A DNA stretch of 52,973 nucleotides from Candidatus Micrarchaeia archaeon (GCA_049966495.1 JBMFUN010000001.1:1-52973); one strand, 5' to 3'; counted from the first letter of the stretch, positions 25,263 to 35,789 are shown. Numbers and translations: made by a program. Notes: generated by a model from the sequence alone, not told the origin.

Positions 25263-25892
25263 TCATGCATGCACAGGCTTATTGCGGAGCAGGCTTTCGG
25301 GCTTTTTTGTCATTATAAAGTCCCCTGCTCTTTCTTCAATAAGCTTCTGTATGAGCTCATCTTCACGTAAGTGATGGAATTCTAATGATGCATTTGCAAG
25401 CGCCTCTTGTATTTTTGCACTTGCATCCGATTCTATGTACCAGCATTCGTCGGCAAAACCCTCGCAGTTGTTGCACCTATCTTTAGATATCACTATTACG
25501 TAAAAGCCCGCCTTGCGGAGCATTATCTGCTCCTCTGTGAACTTACGGTTAAGGTTATGATGCGGATTTATGAGCACAATTCTGCCATCATCTGTCATTA
25601 ATCCTGTTATAAAATCTGGTGCGTGTATGAATGTTTCATTGAGGTCGAATTTTAATTCATATAGTGCAGGGATATTGTTTGACAAGAGCCACTTCTTAAC
25701 ATAGTTCTCATACACACCGCTAACCTGCTTCTCCCATGTAATGATGTAGCTTTTCAAAAATAAAGGAAGCTTTTCTGGATCCACATCATAAGAAATATTT
25801 TTGCTGTCATATTTTGCGCTAATTTCTTGATCCACCCTAAGCAGCAGGTGCTTGCTTTCTTCCCTTCTCTGCTCCCCCACGCTCTTCAGCAT
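25263..25892 (-). CDS. Hypothetical protein (209 aa) with a C-x2-C-x6-C cluster
   Basis: Track ORF. No family recognised. Contains the cysteine cluster DRCNNCEGFADECWY. Confidence 0.45.
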   Translation of the reverse strand: MLKSVGEQRREESKHLLLRVDQEISAKYDSKNISYDVDPEKLPLFLKSYIITWEKQVSGVYENYVKKWLLSNNIPALYELKFDLNETFIHAPDFITGLMTDDGRIVLINPHHNLNRKFTEEQIMLRKAGFYVIVISKDRCNNCEGFADECWYIESDASAKIQEALANASLEFHHLREDELIQKLIEERAGDFIMTKKPESLLRNKPVHA

Positions 25893-26066
25893 AATGTAAT
25901 TAAAATCTTACTTCTTATAAACCTTTCGCAATTCCAACTGGGGGCATGAGCCCAAGATAATGAGAATTTATAATGAAGACTCGTATAAAATGAGAAGGAT
26001 TACTGCACATTAGAGATAGAACTCACAAAAGGATATCCAAATATAAGCCCAACTGGCGTTGCATGA

Positions 26067-27053
26067 TTAGTGCTGCGTGGTGAAGTTGCATCCATATGGC
26101 TGCGAAAAGCTGTTGCTCATCACAAGCTTCAAGTAACCTATATATGGTATTACCCCCACCACTTTGCCCTCCACATCTTTCAATGGTATTGGGTAATTTC
26201 CATACTGCATGTCAAGCCCTGGGTTGTTGTCACCTTTAGTAAGCACATAATAATTGCCGCTTGCATTTATTATCGCATAGACCCTGTGCACTATATACAA
26301 ATCGCCTTCCTTGTAGAAGCTGTCCTGTGGAATTGTCTTGTATACTATGATGCTGTTGTTTCTGTCGCCAACGATCGTTGTACCATCTATAGTAATGGCA
26401 GTTGTATAAGCTTCTTTCAGCATTGTTCCATTCTGGAATATAACATTCCTCTCCCCGCATGTATATGTTATGATGCCATTTTGCATGCTTAAAGGGATTA
26501 CTCTGTTTATGGCAGGGGCATAAAGGCCTATCGAATACCCTGGCCCCACAAACTGCGATATTACATAGCCCTGCAATGTAGGCTTGTAGGCTACGCATTC
26601 CAAGAACTCGCTCTCCATGCTACTGTTCAGCCCTGCAAACTGCGAGGCAGTCATATTCACTACAGGAGCTTTGAGCTGCTTTATTGAGCTTACTCCTTCT
26701 ATCACAACAAGGTCCCCTCTGTGCAGCGTCGGAAGCATGCTGCAGCTTGGCACCACATTCAATGGGGAGCCAGTTCTAAGCAGCATTTCGAGCCCAAACC
26801 ATATGCACACAACAATAAGCACTGCAATGGCGACTTCTATGATATTCTTCTTATAGCCCGCTTCATGCACACCATTCATGAATTCAAGTACAATAATGAT
26901 TATTATGAGGAGAAACAGCAGCGACCCAACAATAATCGAAGCTCCGCTATAATGCTGCACCATTATATATATGACAAAAAGCACAATGAACAGTATATAA
27001 AGGGGCCATGTCTTAAGCTGTTTGGTTTTTTTCACTTTTTTCATTTTAAGCAC
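26067..27053 (-). CDS. Signal peptidase I, archaeal/ER type (S26B), with extra N-terminal TM helices and a large insertion
   Basis: Catalytic Ser box VVPSCSMLPTLHRGDLVV, His box LYIVHRV, TKGDNN box. 328 aa, against roughly 180 aa for minimal archaeal enzymes as I recall. Confidence 0.85.
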   Translation of the reverse strand: MLKMKKVKKTKQLKTWPLYILFIVLFVIYIMVQHYSGASIIVGSLLFLLIIIIIVLEFMNGVHEAGYKKNIIEVAIAVLIVVCIWFGLEMLLRTGSPLNVVPSCSMLPTLHRGDLVVIEGVSSIKQLKAPVVNMTASQFAGLNSSMESEFLECVAYKPTLQGYVISQFVGPGYSIGLYAPAINRVIPLSMQNGIITYTCGERNVIFQNGTMLKEAYTTAITIDGTTIVGDRNNSIIVYKTIPQDSFYKEGDLYIVHRVYAIINASGNYYVLTKGDNNPGLDMQYGNYPIPLKDVEGKVVGVIPYIGYLKLVMSNSFSQPYGCNFTTQH

Positions 27054-30000
27054 TTCCTTCTACCTGCTCCTTTGCCCTTAACTCTGATATCTCTATGCCG
27101 AATGCCTTTGACTCCCCGTTGTTCTTTGCCACCCCTATTGCAGCATCAGCGGATATTATCAGATTGTCGTTGTGGCTCACAATAATCATCTGGGAATTTT
27201 TGCTTAGCTCCTTTATAATCAGAGAAAGCTTCTTTGTGTTTTCCTTGTCAAGCGCAACATCTATTTCGTCGAAAATGTAAAAAGACATTGGCTTGCACAT
27301 CTGTATTGCAAATATGAGCATGAGCATATAGAGGGATTTCTCACCGCCGGAAGGCGCGATGGTTATCTTCTCCTTGTTGTTGCTCCCGCGTATCTTTATA
27401 AGAAGCCCGAAATTGAACGGATCTTTTGGATTTTCAAGCTCAAGGTAGCCGTAATCTGGGAAGACGTTGCTGTACAGCTTTTTGAAGTTTTCATTCACCT
27501 CGTTGAACGTCTCCATGAACACATTTACCTTCTTTGCCTCTATCTCGCTTATCATGCCTAGTATTGATTCCTTCTCGCTTTCCAATGTTGCAACCTTCTC
27601 CCTCGCCTCGTTGACATCCCTGTTCTTTTCTTCATATATCTCAGGTGCTTTGAGGTTTACAGCGCCAAGCTTCTCTATCTCTGCCTTCCATAGCACAGAC
27701 TGCTTCTCCAGCTCCTCTGAGCTCTTATCAAGTTGTTGCATTGATCCAAATGTCAAAAGTTCTGCCTTTATGTCACCCAGCTTTGTCTCTATCTGCACTT
27801 TCGATGATTCTAGGTTATAAACATCGCGCTTTGCCCTTTCCAGCTCGCCCGAAAGCCTTCCGCGCTCCTGCGAGAGAGATGCAAGCTTTGCGTCCAGCCC
27901 GCTTATCTGCTTGTACGTGCTGGAAGACTTTTCGTCCATGCTTTTGATCTTCGCCTCAAGCTCCTTGGCGCTTCTCTTTAACTCTTCGAGCTTCCCACTG
28001 GAGCCTTCTGCCCCATTTTTGAGCTTTTCCTTCTCTTTTTCAATTGAACTGAGCTCTTCGCTTATCGCATTGAGCCTGTTTTGTAGCATCTCGCTTTCCT
28101 TCTCCTTGGTTGCCATTTTTATTTTCAATCCTTCTACCTCCTCCCTGAGAGCGCGCACCTTTGAAGGGCCGCTCTTTGCAGTCTTTGAATGAAGCCCCGA
28201 TATGATCCTGTATAGGCTTTCATTCTCATTTTTAAGGCTTGAAATTTTTTCCTCTGCTTCTGCAAGCTTTACAGTTATATTTCCAAGCGCCTCCTCCTCA
28301 TTCTTGAGCTTCTCCTCCAGCATGCCTTTGTTGCTCTGCCTCTCATATAATTCGTTGCTTATCTTCTTTGCGCTGCTTTCAAGCTCCTCTATTCTTACCT
28401 TCATGCCCATTTGCTCTACTTGCATGCTTGCGATTTCCTTTGCCTTTGCTTCTATGCCTGCTTTTATCTCATTTATCCCCTTTTCAAGGCTGGCTTTTTC
28501 ATTCTCTATAGATCTCAGCCTTGCATTAAGCTGCACGCGCGATTCTTTGATTATTCCTCCACTTACAACCCCGGAGCTTTCTATCACTTCTCCACCCGGT
28601 GTTACAAACCTTGCCTTGCCTATCCCTATGGCCTTGGCATGCCCTATGCTTTCCACAAGGTAGGTATTTGAAAATATGTAATAGAAGGCGTTTTCGAACT
28701 TTTTGTCAAAATTCACTAGAGATATCAATGGAATTGCGCCCTTTATCTGCTTTTGCTCTTTTGCCACAACTAGGTCTTTCAATGGTATGAATGTCGCCCT
28801 ACCAAGCCCCTTTGCCTTCAGCACTTCTATTGCTTTTGCTGCAACATCTATATTGTCTACAACAAGGTAGCTGAGCCTGCTCGATGCCGCTGCCTGTATG
28901 GCAACCGCATGCTTTTCTTCATATGTGCAAAGCTCTTCGGCGCTTCCGTAGAAGCCATCAATGCCCCTAAGGAAAGCAATATTGCTTCCTCCGCTCCCCA
29001 TCATCGCAAGCTTCTCCTTTATTTCAACACTCTGCCTGTAGTAATCGTCAATCTTCTCTCTAAGCTCTGCCTCATTTTTCTTTAACTTTGCAAGCTCTCC
29101 TGACGCAAATTCTATCAATCTGCTCTTTTCTTCTGCAGAAGCCACTGCCTGCTTCTTCCTTTTTTCGGTTTCATCAAGAGCCTTTGAAGAATCTGCTATT
29201 GCTTCATCAGCCTTTGAAATCTCTTCTTTAAGCTCGCTTATCTTCGACTCACACATTGCCTTTTCGCTTGAAAGCGCCTCTTTTTGCGAGACAAGCTCAT
29301 AAATCACTTTCTGATTTGCTTCGTATTTTGAAACAGTCTCTGCTAAGTCCTGCTCAGGCTCCAAATCAGGAATTTGAGGCTCCTTCTCTGCAAGTTGCTT
29401 CCTTACCTCTTCAAGGGCTTTTTTGCTTTCTTCAATAGAATCCAAAATTTTTTTCCTCTCGCTATTTATTGATTCCTCTTTTGCCTTTAGATCTTCTATT
29501 CTTGATGCTGCCGAATTTATCTCTGCTTCAAGCACCGCAATATTTTTGTTTATCTCCTCCAGTATCCTGCTGCTAGCGCTTGCTTCAGATGAGTGCGTGC
29601 TCAGGGCATCAAGCAGGGACTGCTTTTGTGAAGATATCTTCTCTATTTCCATATCCAGCTCTTTTATGCTATTTTCCAGGCTCTCTATCTTAGAGTTCTT
29701 CTCTGCAAGGTTTTTTGCAATACTGGAATATTCTTTTGACAATGCCTCCTCCTTTCTGCTGAGCAAGGTGAAATTTGCCCTCTTCAATAGCGAAGTGAGC
29801 TCCATGTAGCGCTCGGCATCCTCTTTCTCCTTCTTCAACTCCTCTAAAAAGCCGATGCGCTCGTTAAGCATGACCTTTGCCTCATTTATTTTTTCCTCCA
29901 CTTTCTCCAGCTCCTTCAGCGAGGCTTCCTTTTTCTCATCGAATTCCTTAATTCCAGCTGCCACATCAATAAGTTCCCTCCTCTCCTTTGCATTGAGATC

Positions 30001-30432
30001 AAGCTTTTTCTCTATCTCTCCTTGAGCTATCACATTTGTCTCGTTTATCTCGCAGTGGTGGTGGTGCAAAAGGTCCAATATCTCCTGCTTTGTGACATGC
30101 TTTCCGTTTAGCCTGTAGCTTATCTTGTTGTTTGACTTTATAACTCTCATTATCTCATATTCTGCATCACCGGTAAGTGTCAGCTTTACATAAGCCCTCT
30201 TTACGCCATCTTCCGGCCTCGGCTTTGCAGATGTATTTATTAAATAGGAGAAAGAAGGGACATGAAGCCTCTTGAGAGAATTTTCACCAAGCGCAAAAAG
30301 GAGCGAATCGCAAATGCTTGACTTGCCTGAGCCATTGGCGCCAATAATGCAGTTGAAGCCATTGGCAAACTTTATACTCGCATGCTTGAAAGACTTGAAG
30401 TTGTGTAGCACTAGAGTATCCAAGTGAAGCAT
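27046..30432 (-). CDS. smc: Chromosome segregation protein SMC
   Basis: N-terminal FKSF...GANGSGKSSICDSLLFALG (Walker A), long coiled coils, central hinge (GFYGSAEEL...ATFIPL), C-terminal SGGEKSL signature and FYIFDEIDVALD (Walker B). Confidence 0.95.
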   Translation of the reverse strand: MLHLDTLVLHNFKSFKHASIKFANGFNCIIGANGSGKSSICDSLLFALGENSLKRLHVPSFSYLINTSAKPRPEDGVKRAYVKLTLTGDAEYEIMRVIKSNNKISYRLNGKHVTKQEILDLLHHHHCEINETNVIAQGEIEKKLDLNAKERRELIDVAAGIKEFDEKKEASLKELEKVEEKINEAKVMLNERIGFLEELKKEKEDAERYMELTSLLKRANFTLLSRKEEALSKEYSSIAKNLAEKNSKIESLENSIKELDMEIEKISSQKQSLLDALSTHSSEASASSRILEEINKNIAVLEAEINSAASRIEDLKAKEESINSERKKILDSIEESKKALEEVRKQLAEKEPQIPDLEPEQDLAETVSKYEANQKVIYELVSQKEALSSEKAMCESKISELKEEISKADEAIADSSKALDETEKRKKQAVASAEEKSRLIEFASGELAKLKKNEAELREKIDDYYRQSVEIKEKLAMMGSGGSNIAFLRGIDGFYGSAEELCTYEEKHAVAIQAAASSRLSYLVVDNIDVAAKAIEVLKAKGLGRATFIPLKDLVVAKEQKQIKGAIPLISLVNFDKKFENAFYYIFSNTYLVESIGHAKAIGIGKARFVTPGGEVIESSGVVSGGIIKESRVQLNARLRSIENEKASLEKGINEIKAGIEAKAKEIASMQVEQMGMKVRIEELESSAKKISNELYERQSNKGMLEEKLKNEEEALGNITVKLAEAEEKISSLKNENESLYRIISGLHSKTAKSGPSKVRALREEVEGLKIKMATKEKESEMLQNRLNAISEELSSIEKEKEKLKNGAEGSSGKLEELKRSAKELEAKIKSMDEKSSSTYKQISGLDAKLASLSQERGRLSGELERAKRDVYNLESSKVQIETKLGDIKAELLTFGSMQQLDKSSEELEKQSVLWKAEIEKLGAVNLKAPEIYEEKNRDVNEAREKVATLESEKESILGMISEIEAKKVNVFMETFNEVNENFKKLYSNVFPDYGYLELENPKDPFNFGLLIKIRGSNNKEKITIAPSGGEKSLYMLMLIFAIQMCKPMSFYIFDEIDVALDKENTKKLSLIIKELSKNSQMIIVSHNDNLIISADAAIGVAKNNGESKAFGIEISELRAKEQVEGSA

Positions 30433-30530
30433 ATCTGCACCTCAGTCGCCTTTATAGATATGAAAGCACATTTATTTATTTGTTATTTTATTTGCTATTT
30501 TATTTGCTACTTGCCTCTATTGCGCGTGCG

Positions 30531-31619
30531 CTATTTCTTTGCGAAATCACCCTTTGCATTGGTATGCGAAAGATAGAGGTTTATTATTGCTTCAGCATGC
30601 TGCATGAGCAACAGGCCAACGATCTTTTCGCGCTTTGAAACTGCTGCTACATTGGTCTCGTTGATCTGCATCCTTTGCAAAGCGTTGTAAAGGCTTTCAA
30701 AATATGATATTTTTGGTATTTCAACCCCTAGCTGCGAGACTGTCGTATATGCATCAATAGTAGGCTTCTTCAGCGCCTGCTTTGGTATGTTTGGTATTAT
30801 GTATACCTTGCCGCCAAGTTCATATATTGCTATATGCGTATGGCGCTTGAGCATCTGCACATAAAGCTCTGCTAGCGTTGTCGTAGGCTTTACGAATACG
30901 AAATTCTTGCTCATCGCGTTATGCACATGAAGCTTTGTTATGTGGGTTTTTACAAATGCAGTAATAAGCTCTTCCTGTGCACCATTATATATGAAAAGTG
31001 CTATCACAATATCCCACAGGACTATGAACTCCTTGTAGAAAAATGAGCCCTTTATAAATATCACATATACGAATGTGCCTATGATGAAAATGGCGGTGAT
31101 TGCATTGCTGACAAGCACCGACTTTTTTGTTGCTGCATAGTAATCATTGCGCCTCTGCATATAGCTTCTTAGTGCCCTCCCACCATCGAGGGGAAGCCAT
31201 GGAAGGAGATTGAACACCCCAAGCAGGATATTGAGTATGAATAGAATCTGTATCGTATAACGTATAATGCCTGCTGGTGCATATGCTGCTGCTATCCCGA
31301 ACACCGCTCCAAGGAAGAGGCTCATCAATGGGCCTACTATTGCTATCCTAAACTCTAGGTCTGGCTTTACCTTCTCAAAGTCTATTATTGAGCCCCCGCC
31401 AAACGGGTATAGCACGATCTTCTTCACCTCTACGCCATTCCTTTTTGATGTTATCGAGTGGGCGAGCTCATGTATCAGCACGCATATAAAAAGAAGCACC
31501 CAGATAAGGAATAGGTATACACTCAATACGAGAAAAAGTAGTAAAAGAAGGATGAATGACCAATGGAGCTGAATATCTATCCCAAACATGCTTCCTATTT
31601 TTGGTGACAATCCAGGCAT
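30531..31619 (-). CDS. Site-2 protease family (M50) zinc metalloprotease with a C-terminal CBS-like region
   Basis: HELAHS zinc motif inside a TM helix. NLLPWLPLDGG second motif. A soluble C-terminal part of about 130 aa resembles a CBS pair. Confidence 0.85.
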   Translation of the reverse strand: MPGLSPKIGSMFGIDIQLHWSFILLLLLFLVLSVYLFLIWVLLFICVLIHELAHSITSKRNGVEVKKIVLYPFGGGSIIDFEKVKPDLEFRIAIVGPLMSLFLGAVFGIAAAYAPAGIIRYTIQILFILNILLGVFNLLPWLPLDGGRALRSYMQRRNDYYAATKKSVLVSNAITAIFIIGTFVYVIFIKGSFFYKEFIVLWDIVIALFIYNGAQEELITAFVKTHITKLHVHNAMSKNFVFVKPTTTLAELYVQMLKRHTHIAIYELGGKVYIIPNIPKQALKKPTIDAYTTVSQLGVEIPKISYFESLYNALQRMQINETNVAAVSKREKIVGLLLMQHAEAIINLYLSHTNAKGDFAKK

Positions 31620-31678
31620 ACAAAGACTTATGTAGAATAGCCAATAAAAGTTAATAAAAGTAGTTGTAAAATAATCTT

Positions 31679-32377
31679 ATGCAAAAACTCAAAGGGATAA
31701 GATTCTTATACGGCAAGCCTGCGCTGATTGCCACAATAATGCGAGAGAGGTACCTTGTGCTTGGCGACCTCCACATAGGGATAGAGCTGGAACTGTCAAA
31801 AAAGGGCATATACCTGTTTGATGCAACGGAAATAATGCTTGAGAAAATAAAGGCAATAATGGATGAATATGCATTGAAGCACATGATAATACTTGGAGAC
31901 ATAAAGAACAGCATAATGAGGCCGACAAGGCAGGAGGCATTTCTCGTCAAAAATTTCTTCGATGGATTGACTGGCAAAGAATACGATATAAAAATCATTT
32001 TGGGAAATCATGATGCTCATCTTGATGATCTTATAGATTTGCCGATGTACAAAGAGCTTGTAATAGGGGGTTTTGCATTCCTGCATGGGCACGCGAAACC
32101 CTCCAAAAATGTGCTTTCGAGCAAATTTATCATTGCTGCACACAACCACGCTACGGCACTAATAAGGAAAAATAGCACTGAGGAAGAAAAGGTTTGGGCT
32201 ATTGCCCATTCAAGAGGCAACATTCTTGTGGTTGCCCCGGCATTCAATGAACTTATAATGGGCACGCCAGTTGGAAATGACAGAGGCAGAAGCGCTATGA
32301 GTGCAATGCTTAGAAATTTCAATATGAAGAATGTTGAATTTTATACGCTTTATGGGAAAAAGCTCAAAGAAGCATAG
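31679..32377 (+). CDS. Calcineurin-like metallophosphoesterase (archaeal SbcD/Mre11-related small phosphoesterase type)
   Basis: LVLGDLHIG, ILGDIKN, LGNHD, LHGH and AHNH motifs in the canonical order. Confidence 0.8.
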   Translation: MQKLKGIRFLYGKPALIATIMRERYLVLGDLHIGIELELSKKGIYLFDATEIMLEKIKAIMDEYALKHMIILGDIKNSIMRPTRQEAFLVKNFFDGLTGKEYDIKIILGNHDAHLDDLIDLPMYKELVIGGFAFLHGHAKPSKNVLSSKFIIAAHNHATALIRKNSTEEEKVWAIAHSRGNILVVAPAFNELIMGTPVGNDRGRSAMSAMLRNFNMKNVEFYTLYGKKLKEA

Positions 32378-32385
32378 GGTACTTT

Positions 32386-32586
32386 TCACTGCTCATCGGA
32401 GCTTGCGCTTCTCCTTATTACAGTGATTGGAATCACGCCTTTCTCAAATTCGAGCTCTGCTAGCTCCAGCGGGTCTATCATATGCTCCGGCACCTTTATG
32501 AGCGGCGGGGCGCCATATGCCAGCTGAAGCGCCCTTGCACCTATAATCCTCGCCTTTTCAAATTTTGTATACTCTTCCATAAACAC
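32386..32586 (-). CDS. rpoK: DNA-directed RNA polymerase subunit K (Rpo6/Rpb6 homolog)
   Basis: TKFEKARIIGARALQLAYGAPPLI...DPLELAELEFEKGVIPITVIR is the RpoK/Rpb6 signature. 66 aa. Confidence 0.9.
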   Translation of the reverse strand: MFMEEYTKFEKARIIGARALQLAYGAPPLIKVPEHMIDPLELAELEFEKGVIPITVIRRSASSDEQ

Positions 32587-32593
32587 ACCACAT

Positions 32594-34030
32594 TTATATT
32601 GGATCTGGCTTGAATCTCTCCTTTGCCAGGCTTATTTCTTCCTGCACTGCCTTCTTCCATTTTGGAAATTCTTCTGGGCTTCTCGGGTAGTTGCTGTAAA
32701 GCTCGTTTAGCTTCTTCATTTCCTTTACTACGAAAAGAAGATTCTTAAATGCATTGATGTTTGCCGCACCCTTGAGGATTGTCCTGAACTTTGAAGCGAT
32801 GCTGAGCTCAGGCACAAGCCCGTAGCTTAGCTGCTCAGCTTCCTTGGCACTTATGAATGTTTTTATCCCGTAGTTGAGCCTCTCGTTGTTCAGCGACTGC
32901 AGGTAAATCCTGAAAACCTCAAGCCCAGCGGTCTTTTTTCCATATGATTCGTTGAATTTTACGTTATAATCCCACAAGCCCTTTACGCTTGTGTCATTGT
33001 TGTGGACAGCTTGGGCAGCAACCTCTCCGGCAAGCACTCCGGCAACCATCGACGGGCCTATGCCTCCGGCACTTAGCGGGTTTGGCATCGCCATGCTGTC
33101 TCCAGCACCCATATAGCCTTCGTAAACTAAGCTCTCCATCTGGCGCCTTACTGCAACAGACCAGTATCCCCTGCCATTGTTGTTCCTGGTGTCTATGCGC
33201 AGGTTCTTAAGCACAGGATTCCACTTCACATATTCTTCAATAAGCGTGTGCAAAGTGTCTTTTTTGCCCAGCTTCTGGTTCCTTATGTCAAGGCTCTTCT
33301 TTTGCACTCCTACTCCTATATTCACCCTTCCATCACTCTTTGGGAAGACCCATCCATAGCCACCGGGCGCCAGCTCCTGGTTCAGGTGTATTATTGCATT
33401 CTTCGGGTCGTAGTAACTTACATCTTCATGGTCCAGATCGAAGTAGTATATGTACCTTCCTGTTGCCTCTATGTCATTGATATCTATCTCCCTGTCTATG
33501 TATATATTGTCTGGAAGCTTCCTCCTAAGCACTGTTGCAATGCCCAATGCATCAATCACAACCTTTGCCCTTACCTCCCTATGCGCCTTGCTCTTGTCCC
33601 TTCCAAATATACCGACAACCCTGCCATTCTCTATGATTGGACCTTCAACCTCAAATTCGCTCTCATAATGAGCACCATACTTGAGCGCATAGCTTAGCAG
33701 CTTTCTTTCAAATGAGGGCCTGTCCAAAGAATAACCTACACCTTCAAACTTGAACTTATGGCTGAGATCTGGGGAAAACGCAAGAACACCATCAACTTCA
33801 AGGTCTAGCTCTGGCCTTCCAAATGTTATGCCTGTCTTTTCGTTTAGAAAATCTAAATGGGCTTTTGAAACTGCATCACCGCATACCCAGCCCCAGTTTG
33901 TTTTTTTGCCCACTTCTTCCTCTTTGTTCCTGTCGAGCAACAGCGTATTGGCATTATTCTTCGCTGCCATGGCTGCAGCCAGAGAACCTGCCATTCCTGC
34001 ACCTGCAACTATAACATCATAGCTCTCCAT
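32594..34030 (-). CDS. Geranylgeranyl reductase family flavoprotein (second, longer paralog)
   Basis: YDVIVAGAGMAGSLAA...LLDR (FAD Rossmann), GWVFPK, GDSMAMPNPLSAGGIG. 478 aa with a C-terminal helical extension. Confidence 0.8.
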   Translation of the reverse strand: MESYDVIVAGAGMAGSLAAAMAAKNNANTLLLDRNKEEEVGKKTNWGWVCGDAVSKAHLDFLNEKTGITFGRPELDLEVDGVLAFSPDLSHKFKFEGVGYSLDRPSFERKLLSYALKYGAHYESEFEVEGPIIENGRVVGIFGRDKSKAHREVRAKVVIDALGIATVLRRKLPDNIYIDREIDINDIEATGRYIYYFDLDHEDVSYYDPKNAIIHLNQELAPGGYGWVFPKSDGRVNIGVGVQKKSLDIRNQKLGKKDTLHTLIEEYVKWNPVLKNLRIDTRNNNGRGYWSVAVRRQMESLVYEGYMGAGDSMAMPNPLSAGGIGPSMVAGVLAGEVAAQAVHNNDTSVKGLWDYNVKFNESYGKKTAGLEVFRIYLQSLNNERLNYGIKTFISAKEAEQLSYGLVPELSIASKFRTILKGAANINAFKNLLFVVKEMKKLNELYSNYPRSPEEFPKWKKAVQEEISLAKERFKPDPI

Positions 34031-34167
34031 TTCAATAACCTTGCATACAATTAGTAGATTATGTTATTGAGGTAAAATATTTTATTTCTTTGCTTGAAAG
34101 CCCGCACTTTCCGGACCCAAACTTAAGCAAATATTAGTATTTAATAATTGCACTTTTATATACATAA

Positions 34168-35262
34168 ATGATCTTTATGAATCCACAAGAAAATTCCGAA
34201 TTGCTCGAATACATGAAAAATGTTGCTGAGAAGGTAAACAAAGAAATAGAGGAATACCTTACAAATGAAAGCTCTCCAAGAAACCTTGAGAGGATACTTG
34301 GAAGAAGCGGCTATCAGTTCGATTCTAAAGCTATACTGAAGGGTGTCATCGAGCCTTCGAAATACATACTCGAAGCGGGCGGCAAAAGGATAAGGCCTCT
34401 GCTCATGCTAACCATCATAGAGGCACTCGGCAAAAATCCTGATGATTATATGGAGTTTTCTGTTATACCTGAAATAATACACACAGGCACACTGATACAT
34501 GACGACATAGAAGACAATTCAGAGATGAGAAGAAACAGGCCTACGATACACAAAAAATACGGCCTTGACATTGCAGTAAATCTTGGAGACTTTATGTTTT
34601 ATTTCCCTATAGTTGCACTCCTTGATAGCAGAAAAGTGAGTAGAAGCACAAAAACCAAGATACTCGACATATACCAGAGGGATATGCTGAAGCTCGGCAT
34701 AGGCCAGGGCATAGACCTCGCGTGGCACAGGCTTATGATAGACCCGATGAAAATCACAGAAAAGGAATATTTGCAAATGGCATATTCAAAGACAGGCGTG
34801 CTCACCGGAATGGCAGCCAAGATCGGAGCTGTGCTTGGCGGCGCCACAAAAAGGCAAGTCAACCTTCTTGGGAAGTTCGGCACAGAGCTGGGCATAGCCT
34901 TCCAGCTGCAGGATGACATACTCAATGTAAGCGAAAGCAAGGTGGCAGAGAACAAAGGTGTCATAGGGGAAGACATTACCGAAGGCAAGATAACACTCCT
35001 TGTGATTCATGCACTCCACAAGCTAAGTGAAAACGAGGCAAGAAGGCTTGTGGAAATACTCAACATGCACACATCAGATCAAAACCTTATAAATGAAGCA
35101 ATAAAACTTATTAGTAAAACAGGGGCAATTGAATATGCAGACAAGAAGAAGCAGGAGCTTGTCGAAAAATGCCTCAATGAACTTGACAAGGCGCTTCCCG
35201 AATCGAAAGCAAAAGAAAGGCTTAAGCTTATCGCCGAATTTGTCATAAGCAGAAACGCCTAA
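34168..35262 (+). CDS. idsA: Polyprenyl (geranylgeranyl) diphosphate synthase
   Basis: First Asp-rich motif LIHDDIEDNSEMRRNRPT. Second motif FQLQDDILN. Product chain length cannot be read from the sequence alone. Confidence 0.88.
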   Translation: MIFMNPQENSELLEYMKNVAEKVNKEIEEYLTNESSPRNLERILGRSGYQFDSKAILKGVIEPSKYILEAGGKRIRPLLMLTIIEALGKNPDDYMEFSVIPEIIHTGTLIHDDIEDNSEMRRNRPTIHKKYGLDIAVNLGDFMFYFPIVALLDSRKVSRSTKTKILDIYQRDMLKLGIGQGIDLAWHRLMIDPMKITEKEYLQMAYSKTGVLTGMAAKIGAVLGGATKRQVNLLGKFGTELGIAFQLQDDILNVSESKVAENKGVIGEDITEGKITLLVIHALHKLSENEARRLVEILNMHTSDQNLINEAIKLISKTGAIEYADKKKQELVEKCLNELDKALPESKAKERLKLIAEFVISRNA

Positions 35263-35312
35263 TAAGAAGAAATAAGTCTTTTTCGTTGCATATTATATTG
35301 CGGTGGAAAATT

Positions 35313-35654
35313 ATGGTGAAAAAGACAATAGAGGCATCGCAGATTTATGGGAGTGTCGCAAAGGAGATAGGCAAAGCGGTTGCTTCCTCAATTGGTGTTG
35401 ATGCAAATGACATAATACTGAAGAATAAATCTGAAGAAGGGATAATGGACATACTAGTTTTCTACAAAAATGAACATACAATGCTGGTGAAGGTAGAAAA
35501 CACCAATAGCAAATTCAGAGTAAGGATCAATGCGTACCATTTAAGGGACCTGACGAGCGTAGATGAAAATGAATTATTGAGAGCTATCATGAAAGGCATA
35601 AGAGAAGTACTTAGGACTGACAAAGAGCATATGATCTATGACGTTCATTATTGA
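35313..35654 (+). CDS. Hypothetical protein (113 aa)
   Basis: Track ORF 35286..35654 (TTG); the ATG at 35313 (MVKKTIE...) is preferred. No motif recognised. Confidence 0.4.
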   Translation: MVKKTIEASQIYGSVAKEIGKAVASSIGVDANDIILKNKSEEGIMDILVFYKNEHTMLVKVENTNSKFRVRINAYHLRDLTSVDENELLRAIMKGIREVLRTDKEHMIYDVHY

Positions 35655-35789
35655 ACTAGGCTCTTGCATTTTCAAAATAAGAAATTGAGCAAAAATTCTT
35701 TATTCTAAAAGAGATCCTTTCTAAATCCTCAACATGCACTTAGAATTCTCCCACACCAAAACATGCTTATGCAATGCGTGTCTTGAAGG

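Noticed and set aside
27095-29809. Series of plus-strand ORFs (60-153 aa) antisense to smc
   Set aside because: All are Ser/Phe/Leu-rich mirror images of the Glu/Lys/Leu-rich coiled coil of SMC. They have no independent signals.
30460-30520. Direct 12-nt repeat TATTTTATTTGC x2 upstream of smc
   Set aside because: It is a short AT-rich repeat in a promoter spacer and could arise by chance in AT-rich sequence. There is no third copy or palindromic symmetry to suggest an operator.
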